Positions 29,058-37,604 of a stretch of DNA of 64,000 nt are shown here, piece by piece. Made by a program: the position numbers and the translations under genes. Below the pieces are notes generated by a model. The model did no database searches. It saw nothing but the letters and a program-made list of their open reading frames with translations, and was not told the DNA's origin. The stretch covers positions 17,395 to 81,394 of the forward strand of contig CAZXML010000003.1 in assembly GCA_964641245.1 (NCBI GenBank), in the 5' to 3' direction. This stretch comes from an uncultured Gammaproteobacteria bacterium (GTDB taxonomy: Bacteria > Patescibacteriota > Patescibacteriia > Magasanikbacterales > GWA2-37-8). Numbering within the stretch: position 1 is the first letter of the stretch; every line of letters begins with the position of its first letter.

Positions 29058-30314
29058 TCAATGACTGCGGGAAAAGGAAACGCCGATGTCATCATTGGAG
29101 ACGTCCGGATTCCAGGAGCTGACGATCGCGCCGCCAACATCGAACCCACCAACGCAGACGAGCTTACCATACGAAGAAAGGCGCCCTGTCCATGTTTGCG
29201 TTTTTTCTAATAAACGATCCTTATTGGGACCGGATTGAAAAAGAACGAGTAAATCATAGATTACCTCTGTTGGCGATTGTCGCGTAAGCCGGGTTAATTT
29301 AAGTTCAGAAAGTTGTTTTGCCGCTTTTTGCCAATTTGAACCGATCAATTGCTCCAGCGCGACTTTCTTCTTTTCAAACTCACCAATTGCCTCTTGATAT
29401 TGTTTTGGCAAAGGCCCGCCTTTGAATACTTTATCTTTCAAGTAACCGGCTAAAATGGCGGTTTGATTGATAAAATTTTTATTAGTTGAATCTGGAATAA
29501 CGTTCTTGGCCACCAATGCCCAACCAAGTTTCGGCGTGTCTTTTTTAAAAAAATCTTGATTTTTATACCAATCGGTGGAATAGAGAATTTTGCCGGACTT
29601 TTCCTTGTCCAGCTTTGGCTGGAGCGTTTCTTGCATTTTCTCCACAGTCAAAGGCTGGCCACCGGCTGTTTTGTCCACGCGCAATATCAAAAACTGACCA
29701 AGCTCTTTCGCTCGCTCTAAATCTTCTTTGGAAAATGGGATTTCCGGAATGTTCTCCGCTTCTAGCCGGATGCCAAAAGTTTTTTCCACTTCTTCGGGGC
29801 CAAAGACATTTTGCTTGCCGATGGTTTCAATGGCTGTTGTGATTTGTTCCGTACTGGCGGATTCCGAATTTATTTTGGAAGTGAGTGTTTCCAACTCACT
29901 TCTTATACCTCTTACCTCGTTAAGCCTGCCAGCCATCTCGGCCGCGTATTCCGGACCAAGTTTAGAAGCGAGCTCGGCTTGCTCCCGGCGTAATTCTTTA
30001 ATTTGTTCCGCTATCAATTGGCGTCCTTCTTTAATATCATCAAAATTTATTTGCGGCGGAATTTTTTCTTCTTTTTTTTCTTTGTGAAAAAATTTCTTTT
30101 TTTGTTTTGGCCGCGCCGATTCTTCGGTTTTCAAGACATCATTCATGATAGCCAGCTCTTCTGCCAAATCAAAAATTTGCTTGTCAATTTTAAACAATTC
30201 TTTTTCAATGACCTTTTTTTCTTCATCCGTCAAACTAGGCCTGCTCTCCGGAAATTTTATGATCTCCCCGGCAAATTCGGGGCGAAGATTTATAAATTTT
30301 GAATTTTCTGACAT
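29058..30314 (-). CDS. Coiled-coil protein with DGR target-like (CLec-type) C-terminus
   Basis: Ends TWT...VCVGGFDVGGAIVSSWNPDVSNDDIGVSFSR. Confidence 0.6.
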   Translation of the reverse strand: MSENSKFINLRPEFAGEIIKFPESRPSLTDEEKKVIEKELFKIDKQIFDLAEELAIMNDVLKTEESARPKQKKKFFHKEKKEEKIPPQINFDDIKEGRQLIAEQIKELRREQAELASKLGPEYAAEMAGRLNEVRGIRSELETLTSKINSESASTEQITTAIETIGKQNVFGPEEVEKTFGIRLEAENIPEIPFSKEDLERAKELGQFLILRVDKTAGGQPLTVEKMQETLQPKLDKEKSGKILYSTDWYKNQDFFKKDTPKLGWALVAKNVIPDSTNKNFINQTAILAGYLKDKVFKGGPLPKQYQEAIGEFEKKKVALEQLIGSNWQKAAKQLSELKLTRLTRQSPTEVIYDLLVLFQSGPNKDRLLEKTQTWTGRLSSYGKLVCVGGFDVGGAIVSSWNPDVSNDDIGVSFSRSH

Positions 30315-30318
30315 AAAA

Positions 30319-30663
30319 TTAATTATATTTTCCTATTCTAGCCGCCACCGCGTACTGATAAAAATATTTTTCTAACGCTTCCGGTGAATCTTTATATTGA
30401 TTATCACCATAAAAAACATCCGCCAAAACTTCACGCGACCGGCACAGTTCTTTTACACGCGCGCCACTCCAACGAGCGTCGGCAATCGTAAAATCCAATA
30501 ACTCCAGTCCTCTTTCTAGCGCTTTTTTGGTCTGTTCTAAATTACCTTTTTTGCGCCAATTAGCTGCGCGCCCCACTTCACTCCCAACATTTCCAAGTTG
30601 TTCGCTCAAAGACATTTCTAACCATCTGCCTTCGGATAAATTTTTATGAATGTAGTCAGGCAT
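30319..30663 (-). CDS. Conserved helical hypothetical protein
   Basis: W--MSLSEQLGNVGSEVGRA...ELCRSRE. Confidence 0.75.
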   Translation of the reverse strand: MPDYIHKNLSEGRWLEMSLSEQLGNVGSEVGRAANWRKKGNLEQTKKALERGLELLDFTIADARWSGARVKELCRSREVLADVFYGDNQYKDSPEALEKYFYQYAVAARIGKYN

Positions 30664-30685
30664 ATTTTAATTGTTTACGCAACAT

Positions 30686-30765
30686 ACCCCTCTCTCTGTC
30701 TCTCCCCTAAAAGGGGAGAGGACGATTGAGTGAATTGACATTGCCTGTCGTGGTCGTTCCTCCCC
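30686..30765. repeat. Family B (CCCCTC...CTCCCC-loop-GGGGAG) repeat, truncated
   Basis: ACCCCTCTCTCTGTCTCTCCCCTAAAAGGGGAGAG, as at 43591 and 45791. Confidence 0.85.
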
Positions 30766-30795
30766 GCTTTTAAAAAAAACAAAATAAAAATATTT

Positions 30796-31143
30796 TCAAC
30801 CAACTAACTTATTAACAACTTCCAAAATTTTATGTCGTATTGCTTCGTTTTCTACACCACGCGACCGATTATTTTGTCTCGGCCGGATGTTAATCATTGA
30901 ATCAAACTCCACCAAATCTTCGCCTGTATTATCAGGATACAGGTTAATTCCCCACAAATCAGCCTGCTTTGAGCCACTCTCAAGCAACACCGCTTCCTCA
31001 TCGGCATGCATTTCGCCGCCAATAGCCATCATACCATTCGCTAAATCAACAACACACTTTACCATATCACCAAAACGTTCCTCGGCCTTTTTTTTAAGCT
31101 CGGAATGGCTAATTTTTTCGGTGATAATTTTTATCTCAGACAT
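30796..31143 (-). CDS. DUF5674-like protein
   Basis: MVK-VVD, GGEMHADEE, LWGINLYP, EFDSMINIRP. Confidence 0.7.
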   Translation of the reverse strand: MSEIKIITEKISHSELKKKAEERFGDMVKCVVDLANGMMAIGGEMHADEEAVLLESGSKQADLWGINLYPDNTGEDLVEFDSMINIRPRQNNRSRGVENEAIRHKILEVVNKLVG

Positions 31144-31149
31144 AAAATA

Positions 31150-32145
31150 TTAAGAATACAACTCCGCCAACTCCACCAACCGGTGCGCGTAGCCGACTTC
31201 GTTGTCGTACCAGGCAACTACTTTTACCAGATTTCCACCCACCACGTTGGTTAAAGACAAATCAACCGTGGCGGAATAAGCGCTGCCTCTGAAATCAGAG
31301 GAAACCAACGGTTCGCTTGTGGTGGTTAGTACGCCGGCAAAACGATCGGTTTTGGCCGCTTTCATAAAAGCCTCATTTACTTCTTCTTTGGTGACATTTT
31401 TTTTAAGCAAAACTGTAATATCGGAAAGAGAACTGACAAGCACCGGTACGCGCAATGCCAAACCGTCAAAAGCTCCGGACAAATCCGGAATTACTTCGGC
31501 GGTAGCAGTGGCCGCGCCTGTGCTGGTGGGCACAATATTTTCCGCCGCGGCTCTGGCCCGGCGTAAATCTTTATGCGGGCCGTCCTGCAAATTTTGATCC
31601 GCGGTATAGCCATGCACCGTGCTCATCATGGCTTTTTCAATTCCAAAATTTTCATGCAAAACCGCCATTACCGGAGCGATACAATTGGTGGTGCAAGAAG
31701 CGTTATTTATTACCGAAGATTTTTCTTCCCCTACTTTACCGCAATTTACCGCGCGCACATAAGTTGGCACATCGCCACCCTTTGCCGGAGCGCTAATAAT
31801 TACTTTTCTTGCCCCCGCCTTAATATGCATTTCTGCGCCTTCCTTATTTGTAAACCGGCCGGTACATTCCAAAACAACATCCACCTTCAACTTTCCCCAA
31901 GGCAATATAGTTGGGTCTTTTTCCGCAAAGACCGGAATTTTTTTACCGTTTACAATTAAATTTTTCTCATCAAATTCTACCGGCAGATTATAATGACCGT
32001 AGGCAGTATCATATTTTAATAAATGCGCCAATGTTTTGGTGTCGGTTAAATCGTTGATGGCGACAACTTTTATATCTTTTTTAGTGATGGCAACTTTGAA
32101 AGCCTGTCTTCCTATCCTTCCAAACCCGTTTATTGCAATATTCAT
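31150..32145 (-). CDS. gap: Type I glyceraldehyde-3-phosphate dehydrogenase
   Basis: INGFGRIGR, ASCTTNC, WYDNE. Confidence 0.98.
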   Translation of the reverse strand: MNIAINGFGRIGRQAFKVAITKKDIKVVAINDLTDTKTLAHLLKYDTAYGHYNLPVEFDEKNLIVNGKKIPVFAEKDPTILPWGKLKVDVVLECTGRFTNKEGAEMHIKAGARKVIISAPAKGGDVPTYVRAVNCGKVGEEKSSVINNASCTTNCIAPVMAVLHENFGIEKAMMSTVHGYTADQNLQDGPHKDLRRARAAAENIVPTSTGAATATAEVIPDLSGAFDGLALRVPVLVSSLSDITVLLKKNVTKEEVNEAFMKAAKTDRFAGVLTTTSEPLVSSDFRGSAYSATVDLSLTNVVGGNLVKVVAWYDNEVGYAHRLVELAELYS

Positions 32146-32170
32146 AATATTTTTAATAAATTATTTTAAT

Positions 32171-32534
32171 TGTCATCCTGAATGAAATGAAGGATCTCTG
32201 TCTTGTCCAATTAACTGATTATACAAGTCCTGCCATCTAAAATTTTGTTTTGTTATGATTTCCACTTTTCTATTACGCTTCCAGCCTTTCAATTCTTTTT
32301 CTCTTTTAATAGCATCATTTATATTAAAAAAGTGTTCATAATATACCAATTTTTTACACTTATATTTTTTCGTAAAGCCATCGATTATTCCGGCTCTGTG
32401 TTCTTCTACTCGTCTAATAAGGTCATTTGTCACTCCTATATAATACACAACTTACACTAGCCATTATGTATACATAATAATTGTGATTGGCCATAAGAAA
32501 CAGACAGAGATTCTTCGCTTTGCTCAGAATGACA
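32171..32534. mobile_element. Putative autonomous family A element: inverted palindromic arms enclosing a GIY-YIG gene
   Basis: Arms 32171-32202 and 32503-32534 near-identical to the empty doublet 3512-3589; the 300-nt interior is almost entirely the nuclease gene. Confidence 0.7.
32173..32494 (-). pseudogene. GIY-YIG nuclease (UPF0213/YhbQ-like), frameshifted at about 32437-32443
   Basis: ATG 32494 gives MANHNYYVYIMASVSCVLY then stops after RSDK; YIGVTNDLIRRVEEH...FTKKY...LVYYE...AIKREKELKGW is in another frame. Confidence 0.85.
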
Positions 32535-32560
32535 ATGGGACAATGGGACAATGGGACAAT
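32531..32560. repeat. Tandem (GACAATGG)x3.75 growing out of the element end
   Basis: GACAATGGGACAATGGGACAATGGGACAAT. Confidence 0.9.
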
Positions 32561-32578
32561 ACCGAAATTATACCGCAA

Positions 32579-33937
32579 CTAAACGACTTTCGCAAATATA
32601 CATTTCAAATACTCCCCTTCGGTAAAAGCCACCAATTCCGGATGGTCTATGCCGTGGGTATAGGTTTCCAAAACCTGCAAAGTCTGGCGCGCCCGGCCGG
32701 CTGATTCGGATAACATATATCTAAAATCAGATAAAGTAACGTGGGCCGAACAAGAGGCTGTAATCAGTACGCCACCTGGTGATAATAATCGTAAAGACGC
32801 TTCGTTTATTTTTTTATAACCAATTAATCCTTCCTGAACTTTGCGCCTGTCTTTTACAAAGGCCGGCGGATCCAGGATGATGATGTCAAATTGACTTGAA
32901 CCTGACCTCACCCTGCCCTCTCCTCGCAGGAGAGGATTTATCGACTCCTTCTCCTTTGAGGAGAAGGTTGGGATGAGGTCTGGATTATTCAAATACTGCT
33001 TCACATCCCCGCAAATAAATTCGCATTTTTTTAAATCTAATTTATTAAGTTTTACGTTTTCTTGGGCCAATTCCAAGGCGCTCTGAGAAGAATCCACGCT
33101 AATCACATGCTTGGCTCCCCCGCCCAAAGCATAGACGCTAAACCCGCCGGAATAAGAAAAACAGTTCAAAACATTTTTATCTTCCGCGTATTTCATCAAC
33201 GCCTGTCTTTTATCGCGCTGGTCCAGAAAAAAACCGGTTTTTTGCCCGCCAATCACATCCACCCAGAACTTAAATCCGTTTTCAATAATTTTTATTCTCT
33301 CAGGCACTTTGCCATACAATAGGCCTGCGAGCGCTGTTTTATTTGTCATTCCGACGTCGAAGGAGGAATCTCTGTCTGGTTGTTTCGCGGAAGGGTGAGA
33401 CAGAGATCCCTCGTCGGCTACGGCCTCGCTCGGGATGACAATGTGCCGCTTAAGCCTCTGCGCCACATCCGATCTTTCATAAATACCGGTTGGTTTTAAG
33501 ATTTTTTTTAAGGCGTCAACGATTTTATCTTTCCACACTTCCATGCCCTGCGTATGAAACTGCAACACCAAATAATCCGCGTATTTGTCTACAATCAACC
33601 CGGGCAACAAATCGTTTTCACTGTGAACCATGCGGTAAGAATCCGTATTTTTACTAGCCACAAAATTCTTTCTGATGGCATAGGCCTGATTAATTCTTTT
33701 TTCAAAAAATTTGTCATCCACCGTTTCCTGTTCGTCCCAACTCCAAAGCCGCACCGCTATTTGCGAATAAGAATTAAAATATCCCTGCGCCAGAAATTGA
33801 CCTTCTTCGTTTACCAAAATCACCGCTTCGCCGCTTTTTAGGCCTTCGGGAATCTGTTTGAGCGCGCCAGAAAATACCCACGGGTGACGGCCAAGGATAG
33901 GACCAATTCTTTGTTTTTGAACAACCAACTTCATCAT
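32579..33937 (-). CDS. RlmI-like class I SAM-dependent rRNA methyltransferase with two in-frame repeat inserts
   Basis: HPWVFSG PUA domain, LPGLIVDKY, GQKTGFFLDQR, LDPPAF, SCS, YLK. Confidence 0.9.
   Translation of the reverse strand: MMKLVVQKQRIGPILGRHPWVFSGALKQIPEGLKSGEAVILVNEEGQFLAQGYFNSYSQIAVRLWSWDEQETVDDKFFEKRINQAYAIRKNFVASKNTDSYRMVHSENDLLPGLIVDKYADYLVLQFHTQGMEVWKDKIVDALKKILKPTGIYERSDVAQRLKRHIVIPSEAVADEGSLSHPSAKQPDRDSSFDVGMTNKTALAGLLYGKVPERIKIIENGFKFWVDVIGGQKTGFFLDQRDKRQALMKYAEDKNVLNCFSYSGGFSVYALGGGAKHVISVDSSQSALELAQENVKLNKLDLKKCEFICGDVKQYLNNPDLIPTFSSKEKESINPLLRGEGRVRSGSSQFDIIILDPPAFVKDRRKVQEGLIGYKKINEASLRLLSPGGVLITASCSAHVTLSDFRYMLSESAGRARQTLQVLETYTHGIDHPELVAFTEGEYLKCIFAKVV
32901..32983. 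repeat. Family B-like doublet in frame in the methyltransferase
   Basis: GACCTCACCCTGCCCTCTCCT-CGC-AGGAGAGG...CCTTCTCCT-TTG-AGGAGAAGGTTGGGATGAGGTC. Confidence 0.85.
33344..33440. repeat. Family A doublet in frame in the methyltransferase
   Basis: TGTCATTCCGAC...GGAATCTCTGTC...GACAGAGATCCC...CGGGATGACA. Confidence 0.93.
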
Positions 33938-34019
33938 GATAAATGGATTATTAATAATTGAGAGTATACCAAACAAAAACACCCAGCGCAATGGCCGGGT
34001 GTTTTCTTAATATAAATTT

Positions 34020-35384
34020 TTAGAGACTGTTAAGCGCGGCACGGGTGGCTGGACCAACCCAACCTGGGTATGGTTTGAGGCTCTGCGCTTTCTGAAAGGC
34101 TACCACCGCGGCTCTAGTAACTCCGCCAAAGAATCCGGTATCGGTAGGATAGGTGAAATAACCCAACTCTCTAAGTTTGGCTTGTAACGCCTTTACCTCG
34201 TTGCTTCTGGAACCTACTCTAAGCTGCGTACGGAACACGGCAACCGAAGAAGCGGTTGATGGAAGTGAAACTGAAGCTGGGGTTGCAGGTGTGGCTGGTG
34301 TGGCAGGAACAGCAGGAGAAACACCGGGAACTGCCGGAGTAGCCGGTGTGGCCGGAGTAGCGGGTACCCCAACGTTTCCACCGCCAACCATTGGTGCTCC
34401 ACAACCTTCGGTGGTCGCGCTGACAGTTGAAGACCAAGCTGTTTCTACAAGATCCCCATTCCGTCCCTTAACGCGGAATGAATGAGAAGTATTGCATGGA
34501 ATTTGAAGCACACTTAAACTGGTGGCTGTAGTCCATCCGGTATTAGTACCGGCGGTGATGTCTTCAGCATAGTAAGCGGTAGATTCTCCGGTCCATGAAA
34601 AAGCAAAATTATTTGACCCGGCAGTAACCGCTGCAGAAGAAGGGGTGTTGGCAAGAGTATACGCGCTAACACCAGTGCTGTAACTCGTTGTCTGGGTACT
34701 ATTACCATTAACGGCAGCCACCTGAATGGTATGCAAGGTATTCGCGGTTAATCCAAGAGTGGTAGTCCCACTGTTAGACCCAAGGTCCACAAATTCTATA
34801 GTGGCGGTAGCCGCTCCCCAAGTACTGTTGGATTGTAAGTACAAACCCTGAGCAGAATCAAAAACTATATAACTTGTCCCTACCGGATTGGTTGACGAGT
34901 TAACAGTTAATGTAAAGGTAGTGGGAGCGGTGGAAGTTGCGGTGGAAACTGTGCCCGGTGTAGCGGCATAAGTCCAAGCAGTGGTGCTGGCAAAAGGAGC
35001 TGATGAAGAAGCGACCGCGTCGCCACCACCTGCTCTAAAGTAGTAAAGTGTGTCTGTTGCCAAACCCACGAACATAAAAGCTCCCCAATAACCTTCAGTT
35101 ACTGTGGTGGTCGCTTGCGTGGTTGTTGGACCCCAGGTAGTGCCATTAGTAGAACTGCTGAAACCGAAAATCTGACTGGAGTCGTTGGAACTGGTGGAAA
35201 ACCGAAACAGAATCGCGTTCGTGGTGGTTACGGTAGCTGTTCCGGTAGTGGAATTTATCGCCGTTGCGGCGTTGGCGCTACTAATTTTCCAAACCAAAAA
35301 AGTTAGACTTAAAAGCCCAACCAAAAAGGCGAACACTAACATTTTAGATGTGTTTATTTTTTCCCGCAGAGAAGACAATGTCAT
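34020..35384 (-). CDS. Exported Ser/Thr-rich FN3-like protein with PAT repeats and a C-terminal peptidoglycan-binding domain
   Basis: Signal-like N-terminus; GLATDTLYYFR and GLTANTLHTIQVAAVN; PATPATPA; LRVGSR...LQAKL...TGFFG..T.AAV.AFQ. Confidence 0.8.
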   Translation of the reverse strand: MTLSSLREKINTSKMLVFAFLVGLLSLTFLVWKISSANAATAINSTTGTATVTTTNAILFRFSTSSNDSSQIFGFSSSTNGTTWGPTTTQATTTVTEGYWGAFMFVGLATDTLYYFRAGGGDAVASSSAPFASTTAWTYAATPGTVSTATSTAPTTFTLTVNSSTNPVGTSYIVFDSAQGLYLQSNSTWGAATATIEFVDLGSNSGTTTLGLTANTLHTIQVAAVNGNSTQTTSYSTGVSAYTLANTPSSAAVTAGSNNFAFSWTGESTAYYAEDITAGTNTGWTTATSLSVLQIPCNTSHSFRVKGRNGDLVETAWSSTVSATTEGCGAPMVGGGNVGVPATPATPATPAVPGVSPAVPATPATPATPASVSLPSTASSVAVFRTQLRVGSRSNEVKALQAKLRELGYFTYPTDTGFFGGVTRAAVVAFQKAQSLKPYPGWVGPATRAALNSL

Positions 35385-35490
35385 AGATTAAAAGTTTAAT
35401 CCCAAATTAAGTTTGGGAATGAGATTTTTAAAGTTGATAATATTATAACACATAATTAAAAGCGCTACCAAATACAACCTGTGGATAACT

Positions 35491-35528
35491 AACAAAAAAG
35501 ACCCGCCGAGCGGCGGGTCTTTTTTGTT
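35491..35528. terminator. Intrinsic terminator after tsf
   Basis: AACAAAAAAGACCCGCC-GAGC-GGCGGGTCTTTTTTGTT. Confidence 0.85.
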
Positions 35529-35624
35529 TGTTATTCCGACAACGAAGGAGGAATCTCTGTCCTCTTCGCTTCGAAACCACCAGACAGAGATCCCTCGTCG
35601 GCGCGAGCCTCGCTCGGGATGACA
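35529..35624. repeat. Family A doublet, sibling of 33344-33440
   Basis: Same arms, first arm TGTTAT. Confidence 0.92.
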
Positions 35625-35627
35625 AAA

Positions 35628-36485
35628 CTATTTCAACTGCGCCTCTACTTCCGAAGCAAAGTCACAGCCGACTTTGGTTAGGCCTTCGCCTAACTCAAAT
35701 CGTTCCATTCTGGCAATGGTAACATCGGCTCCGAGTAATTTCTGAATTGTTTTTTCTTCATCTTTGATAAACGGCTGTTCCAACAAACAAACTTCGCTGT
35801 AAAACTTGTCTAGCTTGCCTATTAGGATTTTTTCGATGGCGGCTTCCGGTTTGCCTTGTTGTTTTAGCTGTTCGGTGTAAATTTCTTTTTCTTTTTCTAC
35901 AACTTCTACCGGGACTTCGTCGCGACTGATATATTTTGGATTGGCCGCGGCGGCGTGCATGGCAATATCATTGGCCAAAGCAGAATCGGTAGTATTTTTT
36001 AATAGTATCAAAACCGAAATCTTTCCGCCCAAATGAGAATAGGCGCCAAAAACATCGGCGTCGGTTTTTTCCACCACAGCGAAACGGCGCAGAACAATTT
36101 TCTCTCCGATTTTTGCGGTGAGATTATTTATTTTTTCGGTAACAACCGGAGACATTGCCTCTTCCGTTGAAGCCGGCTTGTTCTCCAGTAAATTATCGGT
36201 TAATTCATTTACCAATTTTTTGAAGTCTTCGTTTTGCGCCACAAAATCGGTTTCGGAATTCACCTCTAAAACCACAGCGGTGTTGCCGCTTACTTTTACT
36301 TGCGTAGCGCCTTCGGCCGCAATTTTGTCTGTGCGTTTGGCCGCTTTCACAATCCCTTTTTTGCGGAGCAATTCCCCGGCCTTTTCCATATCCCCTTCGG
36401 CTTCATCCATCGCTTTCTTGCAATCCATCATACCGGCGCCGGTAAGGGAACGAAGTTTTGCTACGTCTGATGCGCTTATTGACAT
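35628..36485 (-). CDS. tsf: Elongation factor Ts
   Basis: TGAGMMDCKKA, EVNSETDFVA. Confidence 0.98.
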   Translation of the reverse strand: MSISASDVAKLRSLTGAGMMDCKKAMDEAEGDMEKAGELLRKKGIVKAAKRTDKIAAEGATQVKVSGNTAVVLEVNSETDFVAQNEDFKKLVNELTDNLLENKPASTEEAMSPVVTEKINNLTAKIGEKIVLRRFAVVEKTDADVFGAYSHLGGKISVLILLKNTTDSALANDIAMHAAAANPKYISRDEVPVEVVEKEKEIYTEQLKQQGKPEAAIEKILIGKLDKFYSEVCLLEQPFIKDEEKTIQKLLGADVTIARMERFELGEGLTKVGCDFASEVEAQLK

Positions 36486-36596
36486 ATTAAAATAAAATTA
36501 TGATTATGAAATTAAGAAATTTACTCACCAACGCTCGCTGAAATTATTTCCTAATTTCTTAATTTCGCGAGGCTAGCCGAGCATATTTCCGGTTAT

Positions 36597-37379
36597 TTAC
36601 ACCGACTCATCTTTCTTCAGCGCCCGTCTCTCAATCTTTACCGCGTCGTGCTTTACCGGTTCTTCCTTGGCGCGTTCCAACTTTTTCTTTTCAAATTCTT
36701 TACGGCCTTCGTTTACGGCTTCGGCTACCATTTCCACAATTAATTTTATGGAGTTGACGGCATCGTCGTTGGCCGGGATGGCGTAGTTTACCTGTTCCGG
36801 ATTAACGTTGGTGTCGCAGACGGCCACGGTTGGCACTTCGGTTCTGGTAGCTTCGGCTAAAGCGGTTTTTTCGGTGCGCATATCGGCAATGTAAAGCGCG
36901 TCCGGCATTTTATCCAAAGAAGTTAAACCGATTAAATATTTATCCAATTTTTCCAATGTTTTTTTCATGGTGACCTGTTCTTTTTTGGTATATTTTTCGA
37001 TTTCTCCGGTGGCAAACATTTCTTTTAAGTTGTGATATTTTTTCAAACGGCGTTTCACTTCATCAAAATTTGTTAACAATCCGCCGATCCAGCGTTCTAC
37101 CAAATAAGGCATTTCACAACTGATGGCGGCCGCTTTGGTGATTTCTCTGGCCTGACGTTTGGTGCCGACAAATAAAATAACTTGACCTTTTGCGGCCAAA
37201 TTTTTGACGTAATTCAGAGCCTTCTCAAGCTGTTCTTGAGTTTTTTCCAAATCGATAATATGCACGCCGTTGCGTACGCCAAAGATGTATTGTTCCATCT
37301 TGGGGTGCCAGCGTGATTTTTGATGGCCAAAGTGTACTCCGGCCTTCAACATTTCCAACAATGTTGGCATTTTACTCAT
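36597..37379 (-). CDS. rpsB: 30S ribosomal protein S2
   Basis: AGVHFGH, RWIGGLLTN, PANDDA. Confidence 0.98.
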   Translation of the reverse strand: MSKMPTLLEMLKAGVHFGHQKSRWHPKMEQYIFGVRNGVHIIDLEKTQEQLEKALNYVKNLAAKGQVILFVGTKRQAREITKAAAISCEMPYLVERWIGGLLTNFDEVKRRLKKYHNLKEMFATGEIEKYTKKEQVTMKKTLEKLDKYLIGLTSLDKMPDALYIADMRTEKTALAEATRTEVPTVAVCDTNVNPEQVNYAIPANDDAVNSIKLIVEMVAEAVNEGRKEFEKKKLERAKEEPVKHDAVKIERRALKKDESV

Positions 37380-37470
37380 ATTTTCCTTATAATTGCCTCC
37401 TAGCCTTGCCCCGGAATGGTCCGTAGGGAGGAAAAAAGTGGCTAGCGAGAGATTAAATTAAGATACGGAC

Positions 37471-37499
37471 AGTATATATGAAGGAAAGAAATGAGTCAA
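37471..37499 (-). promoter_or_regulatory. rpsB promoter
   Basis: TTGACT-17-TATACT. Confidence 0.7.
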
Positions 37500-37516
37500 G
37501 AGGTGTGTAAGCTGGT

Positions 37517-37544
37517 TTGACAAACCGCTAAAAAGTGATAGACT
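37517..37544 (+). promoter_or_regulatory. Promoter of the TPR gene
   Basis: TTGACA-16-TAGACT with extended TG. Confidence 0.55.
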
Positions 37545-37604
37545 ATGCAGTTGTCCGGGAAGGCGTTTTCCGGACAAAAAGTTTACCCAAAGGAGGGTCG
37601 AAAA

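Noticed and set aside
34270-34370. Repetitive DNA in the peptidoglycan-binding protein gene
   Set aside because: Explained by the PAT peptide linker with synonymous variation.
37385-37460. rpsB autoregulatory leader RNA
   Set aside because: Position fits and CTAGCC/GGCTAG can pair, but I cannot match the known motif by eye.
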